A program made the translations under genes and the position numbers. Positions 1 through 8,386 of a stretch of DNA of 42,042 bases are shown here, piece after piece. Under the pieces are notes generated by a model. That model was not told the origin of the DNA and made no database searches. It saw only the letters and a program-made list of their open reading frames with translations. Position 1 is the stretch's first letter; every line of letters starts with the position of its first letter. Source of the DNA: a virus (taxonomy: Duplodnaviria; Caudoviricetes); IMG/VR virus record IMGVR_UViG_3300037470_000141, positions 1 to 42,042 of that record. One strand, 5' to 3'.

Positions 1-22
1 TGACATCACCTCCGGCACGATT

Positions 23-226
23 GTGCCCACCGACGAGGGCAGGGCCAACGCCGCCCTGATTTCCGCCGCACCGACCATGCACGCCGCACTCGTCAAGGCC
101 GAGGACGCGCTAGCCATCAAGGCGTCGCTCCGAGCCCCCGAACAGGCGCGTGTGCAGGCTGCACTTGAGGCGGTCCGCGCTGCTCTGTCCGCTGCCAGGC
201 CCGCACCCACGGAAGGTGACTCGTGA
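23..226 (+). CDS. Hypothetical phage protein (may be 5'-truncated by the window)
   Basis: ORF with the common phage 'ANAALISAAP' motif; stop overlaps next start (GTGA). Confidence 0.6.
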   Translation: MPTDEGRANAALISAAPTMHAALVKAEDALAIKASLRAPEQARVQAALEAVRAALSAARPAPTEGDS

Positions 227-510
227 GCGCAATCGGGAGGTACCGCAAGAAGCCGCTGGTGGTCGAGGCGATCCAGTGGGACGGAACCCACGGTGGGGCC
301 GACGCCATCGCTTCCGCCTTCGGTGTGGACGCGAAGCGCCTGGAGTTTGGCAACGGCGTGCTCGACGTGGTGACGTTGGAGGGCAGTCTGTCCGCTTCTC
401 CGGGCGACTGGATCATCCGAGGCGTCAAGGGCGAGTTGTACCCCTGCAAGCCGGACATCTTCGCAGCCACCTACGCGCTCACCCCCACAACAGCACCGGA
501 GGCCGAATGA
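223..510 (+). CDS. Conserved phage protein (RKKPxVVEA...PGDWII...YPCKPDIF family)
   Basis: Recognisable motifs YRKKPLVVEAIQW and TLEG...GDWIIRGVKGELYPCKPDIF. Confidence 0.8.
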   Translation: MSAIGRYRKKPLVVEAIQWDGTHGGADAIASAFGVDAKRLEFGNGVLDVVTLEGSLSASPGDWIIRGVKGELYPCKPDIFAATYALTPTTAPEAE

Positions 511-779
511 ACACGATCCGCTGGTGGACCGACGGCGAGCGCCTCTACGAGTCCGACGGCTCCGAGTGCGAGGTCGTCCGAGTGTTCGGGGAGTGGATCG
601 CGATCAACTGCGACCACGAGATCATCGCTACCGGGTTGCGAGCGGCGGGCTGTAGCGTCTGCGAGTACAGGATCCCGCCCGACGCCGCTTATCCCCTCTG
701 TGACCGATGCGCCGGGACCGCTCAGGCGCATGCGCAGTTGGATCGGGAGCGGATGAGCCAGGAGGAGGGGGTCCGATGA
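507..779 (+). CDS. Hypothetical protein with CxxC pairs
   Basis: GGAGG RBS; ATGA overlap at 507-510; CSVC...CDRC. Confidence 0.6.
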   Translation: MNTIRWWTDGERLYESDGSECEVVRVFGEWIAINCDHEIIATGLRAAGCSVCEYRIPPDAAYPLCDRCAGTAQAHAQLDRERMSQEEGVR

Positions 780-994
780 GCGCAAGCACGTCGCCGTACT
801 GCCACACGACGAGTGACGGCAGCAGCAACGCTACGTGGTTCGACGCGACGCCCCATCGTCACTGCTACGCGCTCGAACGGGTGGCATCGAACCAGCACCA
901 GCGGACCGAGCATCTCGTCTGCGCATGCGGGAGCCGCGCACGGAGGTTCGTGCGGTGGTACGAGAGGCGGGTGACGTGGGAGTACGAGCGATGA
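776..994 (+). CDS. Small hypothetical protein
   Basis: ATGA-coupled at both ends; GGAGGAGG upstream. Confidence 0.55.
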   Translation: MSASTSPYCHTTSDGSSNATWFDATPHRHCYALERVASNQHQRTEHLVCACGSRARRFVRWYERRVTWEYER

Positions 995-1257
995 GCGACC
1001 GAGAGTGTGTGGTCGCGACGTGCGTCTGCGGCGGGTGGGTGATGATGGCGGTGCTAGGTCATCACGAGAGGTCGGACCGCGACACGTGGCGCGAGGTCGG
1101 AAAACTCGCCCGCGAGGGCTTCCGCATCCGCACGCCTGTCTCGGTCGAGGAGTGCCGCGCCACGCCCCCCTGCGAGCACAACGGCGACTGCACGACCGAC
1201 CCGGAGAAGGTGCGAGTGAAGCAAGAACAACTTGCTCTCACCACGGAGGCTGAATGA
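991..1257 (+). CDS. Cys-rich hypothetical protein
   Basis: ATGA-coupled at both ends. Confidence 0.55.
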   Translation: MSDRECVVATCVCGGWVMMAVLGHHERSDRDTWREVGKLAREGFRIRTPVSVEECRATPPCEHNGDCTTDPEKVRVKQEQLALTTEAE

Positions 1258-1475
1258 GCGCCACCACCGAGCGCCAGACGGTCACCCGCATCGACATCGA
1301 GCACGCGATCGACGCGCGGGAGGATGCGTGGACGCTTCACCTTCGGGCCGTGCGCGACTACGCCCCCGACCTCACCCGCCGGACCACCGATGCCTACGTG
1401 GCCGCGTGCGCCAAGCTGCGCGAGCTGCTCGACCGCTGGGAGAACCAGCTACGTGGCTGGGAGGAGGGAGCGTGA
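1254..1475 (+). CDS. Hypothetical protein
   Basis: GGAGG RBS; coupled ORF. Confidence 0.6.
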   Translation: MSATTERQTVTRIDIEHAIDAREDAWTLHLRAVRDYAPDLTRRTTDAYVAACAKLRELLDRWENQLRGWEEGA

Positions 1476-1798
1476 GCGAGATCCACCGCACTCGAGCCGA
1501 GGCGTTCGAGCTCTCGCAGGGCTATGGACCGAACTACACGCCGCTGAACGTCACCCGCGTACGCGCCTCCGACGACGGTCTGTACCGGGTGGTGATGGCG
1601 CGCGTGGCCGAGCTTGCCGACCAGGGCGTGCCGGAGTTTGCCGAGCGGCTGAGGCTCGCGGAGAACGAAGCCGAGGACTGGCTGTGCGAGCACGGATGGC
1701 CTGAACCCGACTATCCGTCCGACGACAATGACGAGGCGTGGGAGCGGTGGATGGACGTGAGGGACTTTGGATACGACTCAACAGAGGACTACCGATGA
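1472..1798 (+). CDS. Acidic hypothetical protein
   Basis: GTGA overlap with RBS; coupled to next gene. Confidence 0.55.
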   Translation: MSEIHRTRAEAFELSQGYGPNYTPLNVTRVRASDDGLYRVVMARVAELADQGVPEFAERLRLAENEAEDWLCEHGWPEPDYPSDDNDEAWERWMDVRDFGYDSTEDYR

Positions 1799-2388
1799 GC
1801 ATAATCGTGAAGGGCACGACCGGGGGCACCTACACGCCGCACCCCGAGGGCCAGTACGCTGCGGTGTGCGTGGACGTGCAGGATCTCGGGTACGAGCACT
1901 CCGAAAAGTTCAACAAGACGCAATACAAGATCCGGCTCGTGTTCTACTGCGGTGAGTGGACGGAGGAGAAGGAGATCGAGATCGACGGTGAACGGGTCAG
2001 AAAGAAGTTCCCGATGACGGTCTCGAAGAAGTTTACCGCGAGCCTGCACGAGAAGTCGTCGCTGCGCCCGTTCGCGAAGTCGTGGCGCGGTGCCGACTTC
2101 ACGCCGAAAGAGCTCAAGGACGGCTTCGACTTCGAGCGCATGTACGGTGCCCCCGCACTGATCCAGGTGGGTCACTTCACCTACGAGGGCGAGGCGTACG
2201 CGGGCATCGATTCGATCATGCGACTCCGCAATAAGGACGAAGCGCCCGCCGTCCCGCCCGAGTACACCCGGCTCGAGGATCGGGAGGACTGGGAGGGTCC
2301 GGCTCCGCATCCGAACATGTCGGCCCCGGCTGATCCCCAAGAAGCGGAACCGAACATGGACGAGCCTGACGACTCGCTTCCCTTCTGA
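1795..2388 (+). CDS. Putative ssDNA-binding/replication protein (NGO0469-like phage family)
   Basis: PEGQYAAVCVDVQDLG, KKFTASLHEKSSLR..WRG motifs; acidic tail ending DDSLPF, typical of SSBs. Confidence 0.7.
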   Translation: MSIIVKGTTGGTYTPHPEGQYAAVCVDVQDLGYEHSEKFNKTQYKIRLVFYCGEWTEEKEIEIDGERVRKKFPMTVSKKFTASLHEKSSLRPFAKSWRGADFTPKELKDGFDFERMYGAPALIQVGHFTYEGEAYAGIDSIMRLRNKDEAPAVPPEYTRLEDREDWEGPAPHPNMSAPADPQEAEPNMDEPDDSLPF

Positions 2389-2732
2389 TGAAGCGTTCAC
2401 CGATCGGCCGGACCAAGCGCGTGAACCCGATCAACCGCAAGCGTCGGGCCGAGCGCCACGAAGCCGCGTACGGAGACGACTCGCGCATCCAATGGATGCA
2501 CACGTTCGGCTGCTGCGTCTGCGGAGGCAGGCCCATCGAGATTGCGCACGTGAAGTCTCGAGGGGCCGGAGGCACGGCGGACGATACGGTCCCGATGTGC
2601 ACTCACCATCACACTGAGCAGCACGACGGTATCCAGACGTTCCAGGCCCGCCACGCAATCGACCTGACCGCCAAGGCTGCGCACTACGCGCGTCTCTGGC
2701 ACGAGGACGGAGGGTACTCGATTGGCTTCTGA
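2388..2732 (+). CDS. HNH-like nuclease (DUF968/Ref-like)
   Basis: CCVCG...AHVKSRGAGG...VPMCxxHHxEQH pattern. Confidence 0.7.
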   Translation: MKRSPIGRTKRVNPINRKRRAERHEAAYGDDSRIQWMHTFGCCVCGGRPIEIAHVKSRGAGGTADDTVPMCTHHHTEQHDGIQTFQARHAIDLTAKAAHYARLWHEDGGYSIGF

Positions 2733-2744
2733 GTCCCGCAACCC

Positions 2745-3317
2745 ATGAGCTACGACGCGCCCTGGAAGGTGGTTCCCATCCGCCAATGGCCGGGCGACCT
2801 GACGCGGAGCCGCAAGCGGTCGCCGTTTCGGACGAGTTGGACCGCGACCGTGCGCCTGCTAGAGCGAGAGCTTCGCAACCTGAGCGCCAAGAACACGGTG
2901 CTCCAGATGCCGATTACGGATGAGGAGATCCGGCTCGACGGTAGGGTGCGCGCGAACGCTCGACCCGCGCATCCCGGCGTCATCCTGACCTTCGACTCGC
3001 GACACGGCCCGCTCTCCTACCCCTGCGACCGCTTCAATGGCTGGCAAGACAACGTCCGGGCCATCGCGCTCGCTCTCGAAGCGCTCCGCAAGGTGGACCG
3101 CTACGGGGTGACGAAGCGCGGCGAGCAATACACGGGATGGAAGGCGCTGCCCCCGGCTGGCGGTACGGCTGAGAACAGGCCCGAAGTCATCCAACGCGGC
3201 CGGGACCTGATATCGGAGCACGGGTCAGTCCGGGACGCGCTGTTCGCCGCCCACCCGGACCGTGGCGGCGATCCGGATGACTTCCACGCCGTGCAGGCTG
3301 CGAGGACATCCCCATGA
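2745..3317 (+). CDS. Phage protein with C-terminal truncated J-domain
   Basis: WQDNVRAIALALEALRKVDRYGV core plus C-terminal HPDRGGD..F..V. Confidence 0.75.
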   Translation: MSYDAPWKVVPIRQWPGDLTRSRKRSPFRTSWTATVRLLERELRNLSAKNTVLQMPITDEEIRLDGRVRANARPAHPGVILTFDSRHGPLSYPCDRFNGWQDNVRAIALALEALRKVDRYGVTKRGEQYTGWKALPPAGGTAENRPEVIQRGRDLISEHGSVRDALFAAHPDRGGDPDDFHAVQAARTSP

Positions 3318-3670
3318 CTGACCCCCGCAACCCCCTGGAGGTCGTCGAGGAAGCGCTGGCCGCGGCCCTGGACTACATCGACGAGAACCCTTGTGACCCT
3401 GACATCACGGTAGCGCAAGAACTGGCGTGGCAGCGGCTCGAGGAGTCAGGTGCCCGCGCCGCCCTCGCGCTCGTCCGCAAGATGAGGGCGGATGCTGTCG
3501 TGGGGACGCACCACGACGCTCTCGTGGAGGCCCTGCGGGAGATCGCCAAGGCGGAAGGCCCGTACGCCCGTGACCGTCTACAGCACGCCCAGAACACGAT
3601 CGAACACGTGATCGCGATCGCCGAAGCCGCTCTCGCCTCCCTCACAGACGAGGGCCCGTCCGATGGTTAG
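3314..3670 (+). CDS. Hypothetical protein
   Basis: Coupled ORF, GAGG RBS. Confidence 0.55.
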   Translation: MTDPRNPLEVVEEALAAALDYIDENPCDPDITVAQELAWQRLEESGARAALALVRKMRADAVVGTHHDALVEALREIAKAEGPYARDRLQHAQNTIEHVIAIAEAALASLTDEGPSDG

Positions 3671-4316
3671 CGAGTTGCGCGCTGATCTTCCGAGGCTCCC
3701 GAGCCCGATGCGGGATCTACCTGTCCACCGCGGCTATCCGGTCCCGTGGTTCGTGGCTGTTGTCGAGGGCGTGCCGGACTTTCGCATCGCCGACGGGCGC
3801 AAGATTGCCGAGGCGATCCGCCAGTCGCTGTGCTGGATCTGTGGAAAGCGTATCAGCAAGGGCGACCGTTTCGGCTTCGTGGTCGGGCCGATGTGCGCCG
3901 TCAACCGGATCTCCTCCGAGCCGCCCCAGCACGTCGAATGCGCGCGGTTCAGTGCGATGGCCTGTCCGTTCCTGACCCGACCGCACGCGAAGCGTCGCGA
4001 GGCCGGTAGGCCGGATGGTCACGTGGAACCGGGCGGCACGATGATTCACCGCAACCCCGGCGTCTCGCTCGTGTGGGTGACGCGCTCGTTCCGGGTCGTG
4101 CCGACCGAGACAGGTCCCGTCTTCGGCATGGGGAGGTCGGTGCGTTTGGAGGCGTACCGCGAAGGACGTACCGCGACGCCGGCAGAGATCCGCGAGAGCG
4201 TCGATGCGGGGCTCCCCCTCCTGAAAGCAACCGTAGACCAAGAGGGGTACGGCGCGCGTGAGATGTTCCGCCGCCAGGTCGCCGAGGCCGAGCGCCTATT
4301 GGGGATCGCCCCATGA
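3663..4316 (+). CDS. Conserved phage Cys/His protein
   Basis: RGYPVPWFV, CWICG, GPMC...EPPxHxEC...ACPFL motifs. Confidence 0.7.
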   Translation: MVSELRADLPRLPSPMRDLPVHRGYPVPWFVAVVEGVPDFRIADGRKIAEAIRQSLCWICGKRISKGDRFGFVVGPMCAVNRISSEPPQHVECARFSAMACPFLTRPHAKRREAGRPDGHVEPGGTMIHRNPGVSLVWVTRSFRVVPTETGPVFGMGRSVRLEAYREGRTATPAEIRESVDAGLPLLKATVDQEGYGAREMFRRQVAEAERLLGIAP

Positions 4317-4606
4317 TCCCGCTCCCCGACCCCCGTGAAGCCCTCGCCACCCTGCTGGTGATCGCCGCCAGTCTCGTCACGCTCTGGTCGGCCGTCGAGT
4401 ACGGACGCGCGGACACGGCGGCCCTCGCGCTCGACGCGTTCGCCAGGGAGGAGCACCGGACCGAGCTGATGGCCGTGCTTCTCGATCGCTCGACGACCGC
4501 GCTCTCGGTGGTGCTCCGTGAGGACGCCGAGCTGCATGACCGGATCCGCACGGCGGTGCCGGACTGGCACGAGATCGTCGCGCTGGCGCGGGTGAGCTTG
4601 CCGTGA
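4313..4606 (+). CDS. Membrane-anchored hypothetical protein
   Basis: N-terminal hydrophobic helix; coupled ORF. Confidence 0.55.
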   Translation: MIPLPDPREALATLLVIAASLVTLWSAVEYGRADTAALALDAFAREEHRTELMAVLLDRSTTALSVVLREDAELHDRIRTAVPDWHEIVALARVSLP

Positions 4607-4875
4607 GGAGGCCGACGACGCTACCCGCCCTTCCGCTCGACGCAGCCTCGAACCCTACGCGCGTCCACACCGTGCGCAGACAGCTAGACGAGATGGATCG
4701 GATCCGAGCATTCGTGCTCACGCTTCCCATGCACGACAGGAAGCGGTGGGTCGCAGCCCTCGAACCCCTCACGACAGCGCTGCACGCGGACCTCTCCGTA
4801 CACGAGGGGACGGGCTCGCTGGGAGCGCTACTCGCGGCTGGGTACGGAGCCGACGCGACGGACGTCCTGCCGTGA
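4603..4875 (+). CDS. Hypothetical protein
   Basis: GTGA-coupled at both ends. Confidence 0.5.
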   Translation: MRRPTTLPALPLDAASNPTRVHTVRRQLDEMDRIRAFVLTLPMHDRKRWVAALEPLTTALHADLSVHEGTGSLGALLAAGYGADATDVLP

Positions 4876-5243
4876 GGAAGCCGCGCGCGAAGATGCAGCT
4901 CACGCTCACCATGCCGGCGAACGTCGCGAACGCGAGAGGTTCTTGGCACGTGGGGCACCGGGCCAAGAAGCGCTTCTACAGGGAGTCGGACGAACGCCAA
5001 CTCGTCGGGCTCGTGCCACGACCACCGGCTGACCCGCTCACGTCCGCTCACGTCCGCGTCCGCTTCCACGTCCACAACCTGCTCGACCCCGACAACCTCT
5101 ACGCCCGCATGAAGCACGTCCTGGATTGGCTCGTCACACGCGGGTACCTGGCAGACGACGACGTGGACACGGTCAGCCTCGAAGTCTCCCAGGAGATCGA
5201 GCGCAAAGACAAGCGCGTTGAGATCACGGTGGAGGCGCTATGA
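4872..5243 (+). CDS. RusA-like Holliday junction resolvase
   Basis: DPDNL..RMKHVLDWL...GYLADDD and RVEITVEAL match the RusA DxDNxxKxxxDxL pattern. Confidence 0.7.
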   Translation: MRKPRAKMQLTLTMPANVANARGSWHVGHRAKKRFYRESDERQLVGLVPRPPADPLTSAHVRVRFHVHNLLDPDNLYARMKHVLDWLVTRGYLADDDVDTVSLEVSQEIERKDKRVEITVEAL

Positions 5244-5341
5244 CCGCCCTGAACTGGCTCGGCGTCGCGCTCTGGTTGTTCGGGGCACTCACCCTGTATG
5301 CGGCCCTGTCCCGGTGGCTCGCCTGGTGGGGGCGGCGATGA
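5240..5341 (+). CDS. 33-aa single-TM peptide (MTALNWLGVALWLFGALTLYAALSRWLAWWGRR)
   Basis: Read by hand; GGAGG RBS; ATGA overlaps at both ends. Confidence 0.55.
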   Translation: MTALNWLGVALWLFGALTLYAALSRWLAWWGRR

Positions 5342-5982
5342 CGGTGCCGTATTACGAGGACGATGCGGTCACGATCCTGCTTGGCGATTGCCGGGAGATA
5401 CTGCCGAGCCTTCCAGCGGCGGACGCCATCGTGACGGATCCGACGTGGCCGAACGCGCGCGTCCCTCTGTTCGGATGCGATGACCCCGAAGGCATGTTCC
5501 GGGACATGTTCCGAGCCCTGCCCGCTTTGCCGGCGAGGCTCGCGGTGCAGCTGGGGTGCGACTCGGACCCCCGCTTCCTTGCGACGGTCCCGGCCGCGCT
5601 CCCGTTCTTTCGGGTGGCATGGTTGGAGCTCGTGCGCATGGGCTACCGCGGCCGGCTCGGGCACACTGGTGACGTGGGCTACCTGTTCGGCGAGCCACCA
5701 CCAGCGACTCCGGGCCGCCACATCATTCCGGGCCGCATCACGGATCCAGACCCGAACGGCAAGCAGGCGGACCACCCCTGCCCGCGCAAGCTCGGTCACG
5801 TCATGTGGCTCGTGAATCGCTGGACCGACCACGCCGACCTCGTGTGCGATCCCTTCGCTGGCTCGGGCACCACGGGTGTGGCGTGCCGTGACCTGGGCCG
5901 CCGCTGCGTCCTGATCGAGGTGGAGGAGCGCTTCTGCGAGGAAGCCGCCAAGCGATGCAGCCAACAGGCGTTCGCCCTATGA
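5338..5982 (+). CDS. DNA methyltransferase, N6A/N4C beta class
   Basis: ILLGDCREIL start, motif IV TDPTW, HPCPRK, motif I DPFAGSGTTG, LIEVEE. Confidence 0.85.
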   Translation: MTVPYYEDDAVTILLGDCREILPSLPAADAIVTDPTWPNARVPLFGCDDPEGMFRDMFRALPALPARLAVQLGCDSDPRFLATVPAALPFFRVAWLELVRMGYRGRLGHTGDVGYLFGEPPPATPGRHIIPGRITDPDPNGKQADHPCPRKLGHVMWLVNRWTDHADLVCDPFAGSGTTGVACRDLGRRCVLIEVEERFCEEAAKRCSQQAFAL

Positions 5983-6095
5983 CCGGCTGGCTCCTGTTCA
6001 CCGTCTGCTACGCCTTCGCGGCTACCATCCTCGCCCTGTGGGTGGGCCGCTGGTTCCGCCGCCATGACGGTGAGTACCGGGAGCCGCGCCGATGA
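5979..6095 (+). CDS. 38-aa single-TM peptide (MTGWLLFTVCYAFAATILALWVGRWFRRHDGEYREPRR)
   Basis: Read by hand; ATGA overlaps at both ends. Confidence 0.5.
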   Translation: MTGWLLFTVCYAFAATILALWVGRWFRRHDGEYREPRR

Positions 6096-6355
6096 GCATC
6101 GCTGAGACGATCGCCGGGTTGCCGGGGGAGACGAGGGTGTGGGTGGACGGCCACGGGGAGGCGACGCTGTCCGATTGCCGGACCGAAAAGACGCCGGGGC
6201 TGGACGAGCGCGAGGCGACATGCCAGATGTGGGAGGACATCGCGTCCCGCAACCTGGAACGGCAATCGTGGGAGAGTGGCGTTACAGCGTCGGACACAAG
6301 GGCGTCTCACGCATCACGGTGTTCGAGAGAGCCGATGCCACAAGCATTTTCGTAG
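6092..6355 (+). CDS. Hypothetical protein overlapping the int start (position typical of an excisionase)
   Basis: Coupled start; no clear HTH recognised. Confidence 0.35.
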   Translation: MSIAETIAGLPGETRVWVDGHGEATLSDCRTEKTPGLDEREATCQMWEDIASRNLERQSWESGVTASDTRASHASRCSREPMPQAFS

Positions 6356-7383
6356 AGTGGTACGACGACGACGGTCGCCACAAGGCGGCCCTGTCCACGG
6401 TGGTCGGTCACCCGATCACGGATCGCGACATGGCGATGGAGGTCGCGATCCGGATGAGTGCCGCCCAGGAGCGCAAGCGGAACCAGCAAGCGGCAGAGAT
6501 GATCGGGCTCCCCGTCACGCACACTCTCACGGAGCTCCTCGAGGCGATGCACGCCAACAGGTCGGGTTCGTGGTCGGAGAGTTACCGGAGGGACCAGGAC
6601 CGCTATCGCCTGTTCTGGCTGGAGAAGCTCGGCAACGTGCCGCTCGTGCGGGTCAACGCCGCGCTGGCCGAGCGCGTCGTGAGGGAGGAGGCCGCAAGGA
6701 GGGTGAAGGATCCGAAGCGCCGGAGTTGGAGCCCCCGCACCCATGGGGCGGTGCTCCGCTACCTGAAGGACGCCTACTACTTCGCCGAACGGAAGCTGAA
6801 GTGGATCAACGACAAGCAGAACCTGTCGGCGATCACGGCTCCGAAGGCGAAGGGCCGCTCGGAGGCGTACACCTTGGCGGAAGCGAGGAAGCTCCTGCCC
6901 GCGCTCGAGTCGGTGGATTGGCGGGCGGGCTGGATCGGGCATGTCGCGCTCCAAACGGGGCGCAGGCTCACGGCGATACGCACCCTGCCAACGAAGGTCG
7001 GCTGGGTGGTCATGGGCAGCGAGTACGCGGTCCTGCGATTCCCTGGCGAGACCGACAAGGCCCGAAACACGGGCGAGGCCGTCGTGTCAGGGGACGCGCT
7101 CAGGCTCACGGAGCGCGCCGCACAGAAGTGGCGGACGCCGCCGATGCACGAATGCCGACGTTGGATCCGGGAAGCGGAAGAAGCGGCAGGCATCGAGTCC
7201 CGTCACGGGCGCGGCTGGCATGGGCTGAAGCGGCTCTACGCCACGCTCGCGAAGGGACACGTCGGCCGCGAGAAGCAGAGCGGTACGCTCGGGGTGACGC
7301 TGGACCGCGTGTACATGCAGGACGACCTCGCGCCGAAGATAGAGCTGGCGCGCGTACTGGCGGGGAAGGTGGCGGGCGTGTAG
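6220..7383 (+). CDS. int: Tyrosine recombinase/integrase (start uncertain: 6139, 6220 or 6268)
   Basis: Catalytic R (QTGRR), K (ETDKARN), HxxR (HGLKR), Y (RVYMQ); adjacent attP. Confidence 0.9.
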   Translation: MPDVGGHRVPQPGTAIVGEWRYSVGHKGVSRITVFERADATSIFVEWYDDDGRHKAALSTVVGHPITDRDMAMEVAIRMSAAQERKRNQQAAEMIGLPVTHTLTELLEAMHANRSGSWSESYRRDQDRYRLFWLEKLGNVPLVRVNAALAERVVREEAARRVKDPKRRSWSPRTHGAVLRYLKDAYYFAERKLKWINDKQNLSAITAPKAKGRSEAYTLAEARKLLPALESVDWRAGWIGHVALQTGRRLTAIRTLPTKVGWVVMGSEYAVLRFPGETDKARNTGEAVVSGDALRLTERAAQKWRTPPMHECRRWIREAEEAAGIESRHGRGWHGLKRLYATLAKGHVGREKQSGTLGVTLDRVYMQDDLAPKIELARVLAGKVAGV

Positions 7384-7389
7384 CTTGTC

Positions 7390-7526
7390 GGTGCGTCCCA
7401 ACTCCATCCACAGTGAGGTGCCTCATGCCATCTACAGCATGCAGCCCGCTCGTCGGGTCTGGGGTCCAACGCCTTATTGTGGTCGTTGGGACGCGCCCTG
7501 GACGCCGGCGGGCGGGCTTCTTTTTT
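7390..7526 (+). ncRNA. Structured RNA/terminator downstream of int with two alternative folds
   Basis: Pairings 7390-7402/7485-7497, 7408-7420/7470-7482, or 7443-7456/7505-7518 followed by TCTTTTTT. Confidence 0.6.
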
Positions 7527-7576
7527 GGCCCGCACCGGCCCGCCAACCGCAACGCCCGCCCTGCCCTCACCTACCG

Positions 7577-7597
7577 TAAGTCGTTGTGCCACAACGA
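7577..7597. promoter_or_regulatory. IHF-like site/palindrome in attP
   Basis: TAAGTCGTTG fits YAANNNNTTG; inverted repeat TCGTTGTG-C-CACAACGA at 7581-7597. Confidence 0.45.
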
Positions 7598-7639
7598 TGA
7601 CCCGGGTGGGGATCGAACCCACGACCTACTGATTAAAAG
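7598..7639 (-). other. attP: attP core: 3' half of tRNA-Lys(UUU)
   Basis: Minus strand reads CTTTTAA TCAGT AGGTC GTGGG TTCGATC CCCAC CCGGGTC A: anticodon loop, T-arm and acceptor 3' strand; no D-arm or 5' half. Confidence 0.88.
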
Positions 7640-7677
7640 GCAGAACGCGGGCACTCCACCAAGGGAGAATCCGCCTC

Positions 7678-8157
7678 ATGCCTAGCGATCCATCGGTCCA
7701 AAACGGGCCAAATGGCTCTCAACCGGCCCGCCAACCGCAACGCGAGGCCGCCCGCGCAAAGATTCGGAGTCGCACCGTACAAGCCGAAGACGGGTGCGTG
7801 TTATGGCAGGGGCCACCAAGAGACGATGGTTACGGACAGGTTTGGTTGGATGGCCGGGTGGAAAAGGCGCACCGCCTGGCCTACAGCGTGTTCGTAGCGC
7901 CGATCCCGCCCGGCGCCCACGTCCTACACCACTGCGATCGCCCGCTGTGCGTCAATCCCGCCCACCTGTTTATCGGCGACCACCAAGCGAACGTCGACGA
8001 CAAGCTCGCCAAGGGCAGGCACCAGACGCGCGCCCTGACCAAGCGGGACGCAGAGGCGATCCGGGCGTCTCCCGATCATTCCACTGTGCTCGCCAGCAGG
8101 TACGGAGTATCGCCGACCCACGTACGCCGGATTCGCCGCGGGGAGTGCTGGTCGTGA
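7678..8157 (+). CDS. HNH homing-type endonuclease with C-terminal HTH
   Basis: CVLWQG..DGYG..KAHRLAY..VLHHCDRPLCVNPAHLFIG..N..D; LASRYGVS. Confidence 0.9.
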   Translation: MPSDPSVQNGPNGSQPARQPQREAARAKIRSRTVQAEDGCVLWQGPPRDDGYGQVWLDGRVEKAHRLAYSVFVAPIPPGAHVLHHCDRPLCVNPAHLFIGDHQANVDDKLAKGRHQTRALTKRDAEAIRASPDHSTVLASRYGVSPTHVRRIRRGECWS

Positions 8158-8215
8158 GTGCCGTTAGGCCGAGAATTGCCGTCGTGCCCCGCCCGCTGAC
8201 CCACGGGGACGGCCG

Positions 8216-8386
8216 ATGAGCGCGGCCACCGAAGCCAACCGCACCGCCGAGAACTGCCGTGGGTCCGCCCGCATCCTGGACGACGCCCGCAAGGGGCTGG
8301 TGCTCGGAGGGCAGCTCCCGGAGCGGTACCCGAAGCCCTGGAAACGCAAGAAGACACGACTCGCACCCAACGGAGGCACCCCATGA
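8216..8386 (+). CDS. Small hypothetical protein (56 aa)
   Basis: Read by hand; ATGA-coupled at both ends. Confidence 0.45.
   Translation: MSAATEANRTAENCRGSARILDDARKGLVLGGQLPERYPKPWKRKKTRLAPNGGTP

Larger units (their letters stand above)
7534..7743. repeat. 22-bp direct repeat ACCGGCCCGCCAACCGCAACGC (7534-7555 and 7722-7743); putative integrase arm sites
   Basis: Exact copies on either side of the tRNA-derived core. Confidence 0.8.

Noticed and set aside
7598-7650. Complete tRNA-Lys gene
   Set aside because: Only the anticodon loop to the discriminator is present; no D-arm or matching 5' acceptor strand, so it is treated as the attP core
6276-7685. 469-aa alternative-frame ORF over int, and other long overlapping ORFs (e.g. 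24554-26281, 27440-28945, 19837-21090 minus)
   Set aside because: Arg/Gly/Pro-rich shadow ORFs expected at high GC; they overlap genes with clear motifs
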